Positions 19,576-30,246 are shown, counted from the stretch's first letter. The stretch is DNA of 64,000 nucleotides from Bacteroidetes bacterium CG2_30_33_31 (GCA_001872625.1 MNXP01000029.1:19109-83108); one strand, 5' to 3'. Numbers and translations are program-made. Notes: a model not told the origin generated them from the letters alone.

Positions 19576-20928
19576 ATGAAAAATGTTAATATAACGATTT
19601 TGGCTTTTGTAATTTTAGTGTTTGCAGAGCCATTAAAGAGCCAAGAGCTTCACCGTTTGACGATTGCTTCGGCGGTAGATTTGGCAAAAAAGCATAACAC
19701 CAGCGTGCGTAATGCTGTGTATGATATGGATATTGCTCGACAGCAAGTAATTGAAACTACTGCCCAAGGACTTCCACAAATTAGTGCCAAGATTTCTTAT
19801 AATAACAATATCGATTTGCCAGTAACTCTTGTGCCTGCAATAATGTTTAATCCAAATGCAGCTGCTGGCGAGTTTATCGAACTTAAATTTGGCACAAAAC
19901 ACAATGCATCTTTCAATTTCCAAGTAAGCCAATTAATTTTCAACGGCTCGTATATTGTGGGTTTGCAAACTGCAAAAACCTTCAAACAACTTAGCGAAAG
20001 AAATTTTCAAAGATCGGAAAATGAAGTGGTTTTAACTGTAACTCAGACGTATAACACAATTTTATTTGCTCAGAAGAACAGACTTATTCTGAAAAATAAT
20101 CTTGAAGACATTACTAAAACATTGTACGAAAGCAGTAAAATATTTGAGGCTGGATTGATGGAAGAAACCAATGTAGATCAATTTAAGTTGAACAAATCAA
20201 TGGTCGAAAATGCAATAAAATCTTTAGATAGACAGATTGATATTCAGTATGATTTGCTAAAGATTCAAGCAGGTATCGACATCAAAGATTCTATAATAAT
20301 TACAGATTCTTTGGATTTAGTTTTCAATAATTCAAATGCAAGTAATGCCATGTTACAGTCATTCGATATAAGTAAAAACATTGATTATCAGCTGATGAGA
20401 ACTCAAGAAGAAATTTCTAAACAACAAGTGAATCTTGAAAAAAGCACTCTTCTTCCCTCATTAAATGGTTTTTATTCGCATACGCAAAGTGGGCAAAGTG
20501 ATGAATTTAACTATTTCAACAAAAGTCAAAAATGGTTTCCTTCAAATATTATTGGAGCTTCTTTGGTAATACCTATCACAACTTCTGGTGGCGCTATTTC
20601 AAGAATTAAACAAGCAGAATTGTCGTTAAGAAAAACTCAAAACAATATCAGTTTGTTGGAGCAAAACCTAACTTTGGGAGTCAATGGTGCTCGAAATAAA
20701 CTTATTAATGATTATGAAACTTATTTAACACAAAAGGAAAATGTAGCACTTGCGGAGAAAATTTATAAGAGAAATCTCGAAAAATTTAAACAAGGATTAA
20801 TCAGTAGTACTGAGCTTACCCAAGTTAATACACAATTTTATAACAGCCAAGCTACGCTTTATTCAGCAATGCTAAATGTGCTTAATGCCAAGGCTGAAAT
20901 GGACAAAATTTTAGGAAACAATTTATAA
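19576..20928 (+). CDS. TolC-family outer-membrane efflux protein
   Basis: Signal peptide and two repeated coiled-coil/beta halves, 450 aa, positioned in front of the MFP and RND genes. Confidence 0.8.
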   Translation: MKNVNITILAFVILVFAEPLKSQELHRLTIASAVDLAKKHNTSVRNAVYDMDIARQQVIETTAQGLPQISAKISYNNNIDLPVTLVPAIMFNPNAAAGEFIELKFGTKHNASFNFQVSQLIFNGSYIVGLQTAKTFKQLSERNFQRSENEVVLTVTQTYNTILFAQKNRLILKNNLEDITKTLYESSKIFEAGLMEETNVDQFKLNKSMVENAIKSLDRQIDIQYDLLKIQAGIDIKDSIIITDSLDLVFNNSNASNAMLQSFDISKNIDYQLMRTQEEISKQQVNLEKSTLLPSLNGFYSHTQSGQSDEFNYFNKSQKWFPSNIIGASLVIPITTSGGAISRIKQAELSLRKTQNNISLLEQNLTLGVNGARNKLINDYETYLTQKENVALAEKIYKRNLEKFKQGLISSTELTQVNTQFYNSQATLYSAMLNVLNAKAEMDKILGNNL

Positions 20929-20947
20929 ACAAAAATAATTTTACCAA

Positions 20948-22087
20948 ATGAAAAAGATAGTTTTAATAATAGCAGTAGTTTTTGGGTTGGCATCATGCAA
21001 ATCCAACGGAGATGATCCAAACGAAATAAAGAATCAGATTAGCGAATATAAACAGGAGATATCTAAAATTGAAGATAAAATTGCCAAACTTGAGAGCAAA
21101 CTTTCGGGCGATAGCACTAATTCAAATTCAAACAGCATACTTGTAGGCGTTACTAAATTAGCTGAGTCGGAATTTGTTAATTATGTGGATGTTACAGGAA
21201 GTGTGGAATCAAATATTGAGGCCTTAATAAGCCCAGAAATCAACGGTCAAATTGAAAAAGTTTACGTAAGTGATGGCGATTATGTGAAAAAAGGAACCAC
21301 ACTTTTCAAACTTAAAACTGAAATGACCAACAAATCCATAGAAGAATTAAAAACAAGTTTGACTTTAGCCAAAACAATTTTTAATAAACAAAAAGATTTA
21401 TGGGATCAAAAAATAGGTTCCGAAATGCAATATTTGCAAGCCAAAAACAACAAAGAATCTTTAGAAAGAAAATTGGAGACAATTAATACTCAGCTAAATA
21501 TGGCAAGCATCAGAGCTCCTTTTGATGGTTATGTGGAGGAAGTTTTTCAGAAAGAGGGAGAAATGGCAAGCCCAGGACGTCAGGTTTTGCAATTAGTAAA
21601 TCTTAAGGATTTGAAAGTTACCGCTGATGTTTCTGAAGCATATCTACCAAATATGAAAGTTGGAAATCTTGTAAGCATTAGCTTCCCTACATTTCCCGAT
21701 TTAATTATAAAAGCTCCCATTACAAGTATTGGCTCTATCATTAATCCCAACAATCGAACTTTCAAAATTCAAATTAAAATTCCAAATCAATCTAATGTAT
21801 TGAAGCCAAACATTATATCGAATATAAAATTGATAGAAAATACTTATAAAACAGCCTTCGTAATTCCATCTATTGTTATCAAAAATGATGCTTCAAAACA
21901 AAAATATATTTATTTGATTAAGGAGAAAGCTGGCAAATTAATAGCCACAAAAACATTTATTGAAACCGGAGCAAGTTATGGTAATAATTCAATGGTTATA
22001 AGCGGACTAAAGGCTGGAGATCAAGTAATTTATCAAGGATATAATCTTGTAAAAAACGGCAGTAATGTTAGAATAAACAAAATTTAA
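20948..22087 (+). CDS. RND efflux periplasmic adaptor (membrane fusion protein)
   Basis: Lipoprotein signal (LASCKS), a coiled-coil hairpin and lipoyl/beta-barrel motifs (VESNIEALISPEINGQIEKVYVSDGDYVKKGTTLFKL). Confidence 0.85.
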   Translation: MKKIVLIIAVVFGLASCKSNGDDPNEIKNQISEYKQEISKIEDKIAKLESKLSGDSTNSNSNSILVGVTKLAESEFVNYVDVTGSVESNIEALISPEINGQIEKVYVSDGDYVKKGTTLFKLKTEMTNKSIEELKTSLTLAKTIFNKQKDLWDQKIGSEMQYLQAKNNKESLERKLETINTQLNMASIRAPFDGYVEEVFQKEGEMASPGRQVLQLVNLKDLKVTADVSEAYLPNMKVGNLVSISFPTFPDLIIKAPITSIGSIINPNNRTFKIQIKIPNQSNVLKPNIISNIKLIENTYKTAFVIPSIVIKNDASKQKYIYLIKEKAGKLIATKTFIETGASYGNNSMVISGLKAGDQVIYQGYNLVKNGSNVRINKI

Positions 22088-22097
22088 TTTTACAATC

Positions 22098-25000
22098 GTG
22101 GAAAACAAGAAACACAAAAAGGATTCAGTTGTCAGAAATTTTAAATTAACGACGGCTGCCGTTCACAACAGAAATACAATTCTACTTCTAACAATTATTC
22201 TGGCTATTTATGGATTGTACACTTATGTACAGTTGCCTAAGGAATCTTTTCCTGACATTAAAATACCAAAAATATTTGTTAAAACAGTTTATCCTGGAAA
22301 TCCGCCAATAGATATTGAGAACCTTATTACCAGACCAATAGAGAAAGAACTTCATACAATAAAAGGCATTAAATCTTTATCATCAACCTCCTCGCAAGAC
22401 AATAGCGATATTGTTGTTGAGTTTAAAAGTGATTACGATATCAAGCAAGCACTTCAGGATGTAAAAGATGCTTTGGATAAATCAAAAAGCCAATTGCCAG
22501 ATGATTTAAAGGTAGAGCCTATGGCTTTGGAATTAGATGCAAGTGAATTCCCAATTTTAAGCGTCAATCTCTCTGGCGACTTCAGCACGGAGGAATTAAG
22601 AAAAATTTCAGACGATTTAAAAGATGAAATTGAAGCAGTTCCCGAGATTTCAAAAGTAAATATCAAAGGACTGAATGATAGACAGATAAATATAAATATT
22701 GACCAAGACAAACTTACTGCCAACAACATTGGTTTCAAAGCTGTGGAAGATGCTATAAGTTTTGAAAATATGTCCATTTCTGGTGGAGATTTGGTGTCGG
22801 ACAATACCAGAAGAGCTGTTAGAATTGATGGTGAATTTAATGCCATTAATCAAATGGATGACATAATCATTAAGTACGAAAAAGGCGATATAGTTTATTT
22901 AAGAGATGTTATCGAAAACGGCAAAGTAGAAGACGGATATGTAGATCCTTTGACTTATGCTCGCCTTGATGGTCAATCTGTTGTATCTCTTCAGATAATA
23001 AAGAAAAGCGGAGAAAATTTGATTGATGCCACAGATAAAATAAACAAAGTTCTTTCAAATTCAAAAGTAAAAGGAATTATCCCTGAGGATATGAAAGTGA
23101 TAATTACTAATGACATGTCGGAGAGCGTAAAAGGGCAAGTTAACAATTTGGAAAACAGCATAATCATGGGAATGATTTTGGTAATTGCTGTATTGTTTTT
23201 CTTTCTTGGCTTGAAGAACGCTCTTTTTGTTGGTTTGGCAATTCCAATGTCGATGCTTATTTCCTTTATTGTATTGGCTTTTCTGGGTTATACAGTAAAC
23301 ATGATGATACTTTTTGGACTGGTGCTTGCTCTTGGAATGCTTGTGGACAATTCTATTGTTGTGGTCGAAAATATTTATCGATTTATTGGCAAAGGTTACA
23401 CAGTTAGGGAAGCTGCAAAGCAGGCTGTTGGCGAGATTGCATGGCCAATTATTGCATCTACACTTACTACTCTTGCTGCATTTTTCCCATTAATATTTTG
23501 GCCAGGAATGGTTGGAAGTTTTATGAGTATTTTACCAGTAACTCTAATTGTTGTACTTACAGCATCTCTCTTTGTAGCTTTAATAATCGTGCCTTCATTT
23601 ATAGTTATGTATGTAAAAGAAGGCAATGAAGAAAAACCACCAGTAAAAAGGAAAGTTATTAGATCGCTTATAATATTAGCCGTAATAATGGTTTTGGGCT
23701 ATTCAACAGGAGTTATTTGGTTGGCAAATTTCATCCTTATAATGGCAATTCTTGTTTGGGCAAACTACGCATTTCTTTACCGATGGGGATTCAAATTTCA
23801 ATATGGATTCCTTAGCTGGCTCGAAAAATACTATCTTAGAATTCTTAAATGGGCATTAGCCGGGAGAAGACCATTTTGGCTTCTTGGAAGTTTGTTTGGC
23901 CTTTTAATAGCTACAATATTTTTCTATAAAGTTGCTGGCGGAGAGGTTCTGTTTTTCCCGAAAAGTGAAGCTAAATATTTAAATGTAAGTATGAAATTGC
24001 CAATAGGAACTGATATTGATTCCACAAACAATTTTGCTTATTATATTGATAATAAATTAAATAGCATCTTAAAACAAGATTCCTCGATACTAAAATCTGT
24101 GCTCACCACTGTTGGAAAAGGTGCGGTTGGCGAAAGAGAACAAGCATTCGGAAATACTCCTGAGAAAGCCATTACAACAATCACTTTTATCGATTACGAC
24201 GAAAGAGGCAATCATCGATCTACTAATGAAATCATGAAAGAAATATCCGACTCTTTAGTTGGGCAATATCCTGGAGTTCAGATTTCTGTAGAAAAAAACA
24301 TAATGGGACCTCCAACGGGAAAACCAATAAATATTGAAGTTTCGGGACCAGATTATCCTACTTTGATAAAATGGAGTGACTCATTAATGGCATTTATTGA
24401 AAATTCTGATATTCAAGGAATAGAAGAACTTAAGCGCGATTTGGATAACGGAAAACCTGAATTAATTGTTAATATTGATAGAGATAAAGCTCGAAGATTT
24501 GGACTTTCGACAGCTCAAATTGCAACTTCTATTAGAACTTCTCTATTTGGCAAGGAGGTATCAGATTTTAAAGATGGTGAGGATAAATATCCCATCAGGC
24601 TTAGATTTTCTAAAAAATATCGTGATGATATAAATGCACTGATGAACCAACTTATTTCTTTCAGAAATAATAGCGGAACATTGCTCGAAGTGCCTGTATC
24701 GGCCGTTGCAACTATTGAATATAGCAATACTTATGGCTCTGTAAATAGGAAGGATATGGAAAAAGTTATTACGGTGTATTCTAATATGCTTGAGGGCTAT
24801 AATGCAAATAATATTAACGAAAAACTTAAAGTTTTTTTAACAGGATTCAATTTGCCAGAGGGTTATACTGCCAAATTTACTGGCGAACAACAAGACCAAA
24901 ACGAAGCATCAACTTTTCTAATTAGGGCTCTTACAATAGCTATTTCCCTTATATTTTTGATTCTTGTGGCACAATTTAATTCTTTTGTTAAACCTTTTAT

Positions 25001-25517
25001 AATTATGGTTAGCGTGCTTTTTAGTACCATTGGAGTTTTTGGTGGATTGGCAACTTTCCACATGGATTTTATTATAATTATGACTGGAATTGGAATAATT
25101 TCACTTGCTGGAGTGGTAGTGAATAATGCTATTGTGTTGATAGACTTTACAGACCTACTGAAAGATAGAAAAAGAAAAGATCTTGGTTTGGATAAAGAAG
25201 ACGACCTCACCATTGAAGATACCATTGAATGTGTTGTTATTGCTGGAAAGACAAGACTTCGCCCAGTATTGCTAACTGCAATAACCACAGTTTTAGGATT
25301 AGTTCCTATGGCAATTGGTATGAATATTAGTCTCGGTGATATGCTAACTAAATTTAAACCCAATTTTTATATTGGAGGAGAAAATGCCGACTTCTGGGGA
25401 AATATGTCGTGGACGGTAATTTTCGGACTTACTTTCGCTACCTTTCTAACATTGATTTTAGTACCAGTTATGTATGTAGTGGGCAACGAGGTTAAAATTA
25501 ACTTTAAGAAGAAGTAA
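22098..25517 (+). CDS. RND (AcrB/HAE1-like) efflux transporter permease
   Basis: 1139 aa with a GTG start. The 12-TM layout has two large periplasmic loops and conserved TM4-type segments (GLVLALGMLVDNSIVVVENI, GVVVNNAIVLIDF). Confidence 0.9.
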   Translation: MENKKHKKDSVVRNFKLTTAAVHNRNTILLLTIILAIYGLYTYVQLPKESFPDIKIPKIFVKTVYPGNPPIDIENLITRPIEKELHTIKGIKSLSSTSSQDNSDIVVEFKSDYDIKQALQDVKDALDKSKSQLPDDLKVEPMALELDASEFPILSVNLSGDFSTEELRKISDDLKDEIEAVPEISKVNIKGLNDRQININIDQDKLTANNIGFKAVEDAISFENMSISGGDLVSDNTRRAVRIDGEFNAINQMDDIIIKYEKGDIVYLRDVIENGKVEDGYVDPLTYARLDGQSVVSLQIIKKSGENLIDATDKINKVLSNSKVKGIIPEDMKVIITNDMSESVKGQVNNLENSIIMGMILVIAVLFFFLGLKNALFVGLAIPMSMLISFIVLAFLGYTVNMMILFGLVLALGMLVDNSIVVVENIYRFIGKGYTVREAAKQAVGEIAWPIIASTLTTLAAFFPLIFWPGMVGSFMSILPVTLIVVLTASLFVALIIVPSFIVMYVKEGNEEKPPVKRKVIRSLIILAVIMVLGYSTGVIWLANFILIMAILVWANYAFLYRWGFKFQYGFLSWLEKYYLRILKWALAGRRPFWLLGSLFGLLIATIFFYKVAGGEVLFFPKSEAKYLNVSMKLPIGTDIDSTNNFAYYIDNKLNSILKQDSSILKSVLTTVGKGAVGEREQAFGNTPEKAITTITFIDYDERGNHRSTNEIMKEISDSLVGQYPGVQISVEKNIMGPPTGKPINIEVSGPDYPTLIKWSDSLMAFIENSDIQGIEELKRDLDNGKPELIVNIDRDKARRFGLSTAQIATSIRTSLFGKEVSDFKDGEDKYPIRLRFSKKYRDDINALMNQLISFRNNSGTLLEVPVSAVATIEYSNTYGSVNRKDMEKVITVYSNMLEGYNANNINEKLKVFLTGFNLPEGYTAKFTGEQQDQNEASTFLIRALTIAISLIFLILVAQFNSFVKPFIIMVSVLFSTIGVFGGLATFHMDFIIIMTGIGIISLAGVVVNNAIVLIDFTDLLKDRKRKDLGLDKEDDLTIEDTIECVVIAGKTRLRPVLLTAITTVLGLVPMAIGMNISLGDMLTKFKPNFYIGGENADFWGNMSWTVIFGLTFATFLTLILVPVMYVVGNEVKINFKKK

Positions 25518-25526
25518 TAAAAAAAA

Positions 25527-25556
25527 GGGAGCGTTTGTTTGCTCCCTTAAATTTTT
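25527..25556 (+). terminator. Rho-independent terminator of the efflux operon
   Basis: GGGAGC-gtttgttt-GCTCCC hairpin (25527-25546) 10 nt after the RND stop, followed by TTAAATTTTT. Confidence 0.65.
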
Positions 25557-25577
25557 CTGTTTCTACTACGTCTGCTA

Positions 25578-25670
25578 TTACCTATTTGCTAATATTGTAA
25601 GTATTGCAACAATCGCCATAGCAGCTGCATAAATTATATACAGATAGTATTGTTTGATTTTTTGAACCAT
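25578..25670 (-). CDS. Possible 30-aa hydrophobic peptide (MVQKIKQYYLYIIYAAAMAIVAILTILANR)
   Basis: An ATG-initiated ORF in an otherwise empty 227-bp gap, with a single predicted TM helix. It is below the track cutoff and has no other support. Confidence 0.2.
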   Translation of the reverse strand: MVQKIKQYYLYIIYAAAMAIVAILTILANR

Positions 25671-25744
25671 GGCTTTAATATTTAATTGTTATATTTATAT
25701 TAATCATTTACTATTGGCAACATTATTTTATAGACGATAATAAT

Positions 25745-26590
25745 ATGCAAATACTTGGTTACCATAATCATAATTTTTATTGCGATGGAATTGAATCGCC
25801 AGAAAAATATATACAAAGCGCAGTATATCAAAACTTTAAAGCCTTTGGATTCTCAAGCCATGCGCCATTTAATTTTTTTAACAAATGGAGCATTTCTTAC
25901 GAAAAATTAAACAATTATTGCTCCGATATTGATTATTTGAAGGCAAAATACTCAAATGAAATTTCAATTTTTAAAGCCTTAGAGATTGATTTTGCACCAG
26001 AATTTATAAAAGAGTTTGATTTTTTTAGAGAAAATTATGAACTCGATTATATAATTGGCTCAATTCATTATGTGATAAATCCTAAGTCAAAGGAATTGCT
26101 ATTTATTGACGGTTCAAAAGAAGCTTTTATAAAAAATCTTAAGTTGTTCTTTGGTGGTGATGTAGAGTATGCAGTAAAATCATATTTTGCTCAAACTGCT
26201 CAAATGATAACTTCGCAAAAGCCTGATATTATTGGACATATCGACAAAATCATTATGAATGCCTCCGATTTAATTTTGGTAAATGGCGAATATCCGCCGT
26301 GGTATTTAAATGAAATTAGTAATATCTTAGATGTTGTGGCAGCAAATAAAAGCATTTTAGAACTTAATATGCGAGGGATTTACAAAGGAAAATGGCACAC
26401 ATCTTTTCTCGACAGAAAATTTCTTCCTCTTTGCAAAAAAAAGAAAATTGATTTTGTAGTTAGCACCGACGCGCATTCACCAGATGAAGTCGCGCTGGCT
26501 TATGAAAATGGTATAAAATATCTTACTGATTTTGGCATTCAGCACACAATGGAATTCAATAATGGACGTTGGTTAGTATTAAATCAATAA
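25745..26590 (+). CDS. PHP-domain phosphoesterase, HisJ-type histidinol-phosphatase family
   Basis: Metal-binding motifs occur in PHP order: HNHNFYCDG, FSSHAP, GSIHY, GHIDK, STDAHSP. Confidence 0.65.
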   Translation: MQILGYHNHNFYCDGIESPEKYIQSAVYQNFKAFGFSSHAPFNFFNKWSISYEKLNNYCSDIDYLKAKYSNEISIFKALEIDFAPEFIKEFDFFRENYELDYIIGSIHYVINPKSKELLFIDGSKEAFIKNLKLFFGGDVEYAVKSYFAQTAQMITSQKPDIIGHIDKIIMNASDLILVNGEYPPWYLNEISNILDVVAANKSILELNMRGIYKGKWHTSFLDRKFLPLCKKKKIDFVVSTDAHSPDEVALAYENGIKYLTDFGIQHTMEFNNGRWLVLNQ

Positions 26591-26618
26591 TCATAAGTTT
26601 TTTGTTATCAATATTATG

Positions 26619-26626
26619 TAGCTTTG
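26619..26626 (+). promoter_or_regulatory. -7 box TAGCTTTG upstream of the lipoprotein-ABC-FtsX module
   Basis: Exact match 51 nt before the ATG at 26678. Confidence 0.4.
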
Positions 26627-26677
26627 CTTCAAATATTAAGTCAAATCGAAATTCAAACATTTTAAAATCAGATTTAT

Positions 26678-28357
26678 ATGAAAAAAATTTTTAATTTACT
26701 AAAATTATCCTTCTTTGCTTTAATGATTATTAGTGTAGCATCTTGCTCAAAATCAGGCAATTTATACAACGTTATTCCTAAAAATGCCACAATAGTGGCT
26801 GTGTTTAATGGAAAGACTTTATCAAAGAAATCGGGCATAGAAAATTTTGCAAGCACCAATGCTTATAAGAAAATAAAAGAAAATTTGACTGGCGACGAAC
26901 TTGCGAATTTTACAATTTTGGACCCTATTTTCAATAATTCCAAAGAAAGTGGAATCGATTTCAATAGCGACTATATTTTTTATTCTTACAAAAAGGAAGC
27001 GTCTAATTATATGGTATTTACATTCAGTCTTTTGGACAAAAGCAAATTTGCTGAGATGGTTGAAAAGGTGAACAAAACCAATGGAAATAAATTGAAAATC
27101 GAATCTGATGGAGATTATTCATACTTCAAACTCGAAGATCAAAATAGTCCGATACTTATATGGGATAAATCGAAATTACTTTTTATAATAGCATCGAATA
27201 AAGAAATGACAAAAGAAGCTTATTTGGCTGAAGGCAAAATACTTCTGGAGCAGAAACCTAAAATGTCGATTAATGAAAATAAAAATTTTTCAAAATTTTT
27301 GAAAGATCAAAAGGATATAAGTCTTTGGATAGATTATGCTGCATTTATGGATAATTTGCCTCCAATGCAAAAGATGATAGTTCAAAATAAAGTGCCTTAT
27401 GATATGACAGGAACTGTAATGAAAGTTTTTGCCGATTTTCAAAATGGCAAACTTGTATTCGATTTCAAAGTAGATATGAGCAAAGAACTTGAGTCGTTTT
27501 TTGGCAAAAATAAAATAATGAAAGATAAATTTAATACAGATTTAATTTCTGTATTACCTATAAAATCTTATGCTAACTTATCTACTGCTATAGATTTTAT
27601 GGCTCTTTATCAGATGGTTAGCAGCGCTATGAATCAAAATCAGCAAGATATGCAACAGTTAGATACTCAAGTAGAATCTATGACCGGCATGACTTTAAAG
27701 GAAGCTCTTAATGAATTTTCTGGCGAGCTAACTTTTAATATTCATGGAATCGGTTTGGAAGATGTGGAAGTAACTGATTATATGGCTTATGAGATGGCAA
27801 AAAGCAAAGGCGATATTAAAAATTATACTAAGAAAGTGAAATCGCCAATATTATATTACACCATTGGAGCCACATTAAATAGTGACAAATTTATAAATGT
27901 TGTTATTAAAAACTTGGAAGGAATGGTTAAAAAAACAGGCGATTTTTATTCTTTAAATGCAGGTTCAATGACAGGATATTTTGGGCTTTATGGCACAAAG
28001 TTTATTTATACAAATGATAAAATTTTGATTGAGAAAATTGCCAACAAAAAAACTGATGATAATAATCTGAAAAATAGTAATATAGGTAAGACTCTAGAAA
28101 GCGCATCAAGCTATGCATTTATAGATTTGAATCTGGATAATTATCCACCAGAAGTAGTTCAATACTTCAAATCTCAAATTGGCGATGACTTGAGTGATGT
28201 ATTAATAAAATCTCTTGGAATTTACAATAAGCTGGAGTTTATTAGCAAATCATCCAAAGAATCACAGATTGTACTTTGGCTAAAAGATAATAAAACAAAC
28301 AGTTTAGAGGTCTTAATTAATAGCTTCGACGAAAATATAGAAGCTATAATGAATTAG
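26678..28357 (+). CDS. Large lipoprotein of unknown function (possibly DUF4836 family)
   Basis: Lipoprotein signal (MIISVASCSKSG). 559 aa, hydrophilic. Its stop lies 9 nt before the ABC ATPase start. The family name is from memory only. Confidence 0.45.
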   Translation: MKKIFNLLKLSFFALMIISVASCSKSGNLYNVIPKNATIVAVFNGKTLSKKSGIENFASTNAYKKIKENLTGDELANFTILDPIFNNSKESGIDFNSDYIFYSYKKEASNYMVFTFSLLDKSKFAEMVEKVNKTNGNKLKIESDGDYSYFKLEDQNSPILIWDKSKLLFIIASNKEMTKEAYLAEGKILLEQKPKMSINENKNFSKFLKDQKDISLWIDYAAFMDNLPPMQKMIVQNKVPYDMTGTVMKVFADFQNGKLVFDFKVDMSKELESFFGKNKIMKDKFNTDLISVLPIKSYANLSTAIDFMALYQMVSSAMNQNQQDMQQLDTQVESMTGMTLKEALNEFSGELTFNIHGIGLEDVEVTDYMAYEMAKSKGDIKNYTKKVKSPILYYTIGATLNSDKFINVVIKNLEGMVKKTGDFYSLNAGSMTGYFGLYGTKFIYTNDKILIEKIANKKTDDNNLKNSNIGKTLESASSYAFIDLNLDNYPPEVVQYFKSQIGDDLSDVLIKSLGIYNKLEFISKSSKESQIVLWLKDNKTNSLEVLINSFDENIEAIMN

Positions 28358-28366
28358 AAATTTAAT

Positions 28367-29011
28367 ATGAACATACGCGTTGAAAAGTTAGTGCCTGAGC
28401 CATTAAGCGATTTGCAAAATTTAAATTCAGAAATTTGGCATGCCGAAAAACAAGAGTTCCTAAGTGGAAACAATTATCTTGTGTATTCTGCCTCTGGCAA
28501 AGGAAAGACCTCATTATTATCATTTATTTATGGTCTTAGAACAGATTATTTTGGAGAAATCATGATTGATAATCGAAATATTAAGGATTTGAAATATAAT
28601 GATTGGCTTGATATGAAGCGAGGGAAAATGTCAATGGTTTTTCAAGGATTGAATTTGTTTAACGGATTAAGTGTTATGGAAAATATTCAGTTGAAAAACA
28701 AACTCACAAATCATGTAAGTAAAGAGGAAATCACAAATATGCTTGATGTTCTTCATGTTGGAGAACTTGCTAAAAAGAAAGTAGAAGAGATTTCTTATGG
28801 ACAGAAGCAAAGGGTTGCAATTGTAAGAGCTTTGTGTCAGCCTTTTGAAATTATTTTGCTCGACGAACCATTTAGTCATTTAGATGAAGAAAACGCAAAT
28901 ATTGCTATGAATCTCATTTCAAAAAGAGTGGAACATGAAAATGCGAGCTTGATAATTACAAGCCTTAAAATGATAAATTTTGATTGTAAACTCCTAAGTA
29001 TAAGAATGTAA
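28367..29011 (+). CDS. ABC transporter ATP-binding protein with degenerate catalytic motifs
   Basis: Walker A is SASGKGKTS, the Q-loop MVFQG and Walker B IILLDEP. The signature is ISYGQKQR instead of LSGGQ. The H-loop position reads IITSLK, so Ser stands where His is expected. Confidence 0.8.
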   Translation: MNIRVEKLVPEPLSDLQNLNSEIWHAEKQEFLSGNNYLVYSASGKGKTSLLSFIYGLRTDYFGEIMIDNRNIKDLKYNDWLDMKRGKMSMVFQGLNLFNGLSVMENIQLKNKLTNHVSKEEITNMLDVLHVGELAKKKVEEISYGQKQRVAIVRALCQPFEIILLDEPFSHLDEENANIAMNLISKRVEHENASLIITSLKMINFDCKLLSIRM

Positions 29012-29015
29012 AAAA

Positions 29016-30212
29016 ATGCAAAAATCGGTCGTTAAATTAATTTGGAGCAAAAATAAAAAGACCTCAATTATAATGTCATTTTTTGGCCTTTTGATGGGAT
29101 ATTTTATAGTACTCATTTCCTTCAATGTTTATTTTATTGTTACTGGCGCAATTGATAGAGATGACAATTTGTTTTCCAAAGATTATATTGTTATCAATAA
29201 AAAGGTTTCGATATTGAACACCATTAAATTTTCATCTACAGATTTTACCAAAGAGGAATTACAAGATATTAATAGTCAGCCATTTGTTGAAAAATCGTCA
29301 GCCTTTGTTTCCAACACTTTCAAAATTGGAGCATATTCAAATCAATCTCAAAATATTCCCTCATTTTATACTGAGTTGTTTTTTCAGGCAATACCAGATA
29401 ATTTTATTGACGTTTCCGATTCGCGTTGGAATTGGAATGAGCATAAGGACGAAATACCAATTATTTTTCCTGGAGATTATTTGAAACTTTACAATTTTGG
29501 ATTTGCTCAGAGCCAAGGTTTGCCACAAATTTCAGATAAAATAATCGGTAAAGTTGCTTTCAACGTTGCTATAGAAGGCAACGGAAAGAAAAAAGTATTT
29601 AAAGCCCGAATCATTGGACTTACCGATAAATTAAATTCAATTTTAGTTCCTTTGGATTTTATGAATTGGGCGAATAAGGAATTTGGAAATTCAGCAATCT
29701 CTTTGCGAACGTCAATGCTTCTCATTGAAACTAATAATCCATCGGATCCTAAGATTTTTAAATATCTTAGCGCCAAAAACTACGAAACTAATAAAGAGAG
29801 AATAAAGAACAGTAAAACCACTTTGTTCTTGAACTTATTATTTGGACTTGCAATTAGCATAGGTTTGATAATCACTACATTATCCCTACTTTTGTTTATT
29901 TTAAGTTTCCATCTTTTAATAGCAAAATCTAGCAATGAAATAAGTCTTTTGTATAATATTGGATATAGTTTTAGACAACTTTTGAGGTATTATTTGGTTG
30001 TGATTTTAGCAATATTAGTTTTGCTAAATATATTCGCCTATATATTAATTATGGTTTCAAATCAATATATAATAGAGTATTTTGCATCTGCGGGTTTCTC
30101 ATTTGCAAGCCCCAATTTAATTTATAATCTTTTTGTTGGATTGATTATTACTTCATTAATTTTTCTGATTAATATTATAAGTTTAAGACATCAATTAAGA
30201 AGAATTAAGTAA
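29016..30212 (+). CDS. FtsX/MacB-type (type VII) ABC transporter permease
   Basis: TM1, a ~230-aa extracytoplasmic domain and three C-terminal TMs, with the FtsX-family motif region NEISLLYNIGYSFRQLLRYY between TM2 and TM3. Confidence 0.7.
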   Translation: MQKSVVKLIWSKNKKTSIIMSFFGLLMGYFIVLISFNVYFIVTGAIDRDDNLFSKDYIVINKKVSILNTIKFSSTDFTKEELQDINSQPFVEKSSAFVSNTFKIGAYSNQSQNIPSFYTELFFQAIPDNFIDVSDSRWNWNEHKDEIPIIFPGDYLKLYNFGFAQSQGLPQISDKIIGKVAFNVAIEGNGKKKVFKARIIGLTDKLNSILVPLDFMNWANKEFGNSAISLRTSMLLIETNNPSDPKIFKYLSAKNYETNKERIKNSKTTLFLNLLFGLAISIGLIITTLSLLLFILSFHLLIAKSSNEISLLYNIGYSFRQLLRYYLVVILAILVLLNIFAYILIMVSNQYIIEYFASAGFSFASPNLIYNLFVGLIITSLIFLINIISLRHQLRRIK

Positions 30213-30231
30213 TATCTGCTTGGTAAAAATG

Positions 30232-30239
30232 TAATTTTG
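30232..30239 (+). promoter_or_regulatory. -7 box TAATTTTG immediately upstream of the 1125-aa protein gene
   Basis: Exact match only 7 nt before the ATG at 30247. If used, it implies a leaderless or near-leaderless mRNA. Confidence 0.35.
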
Positions 30240-30246
30240 CCATTCT

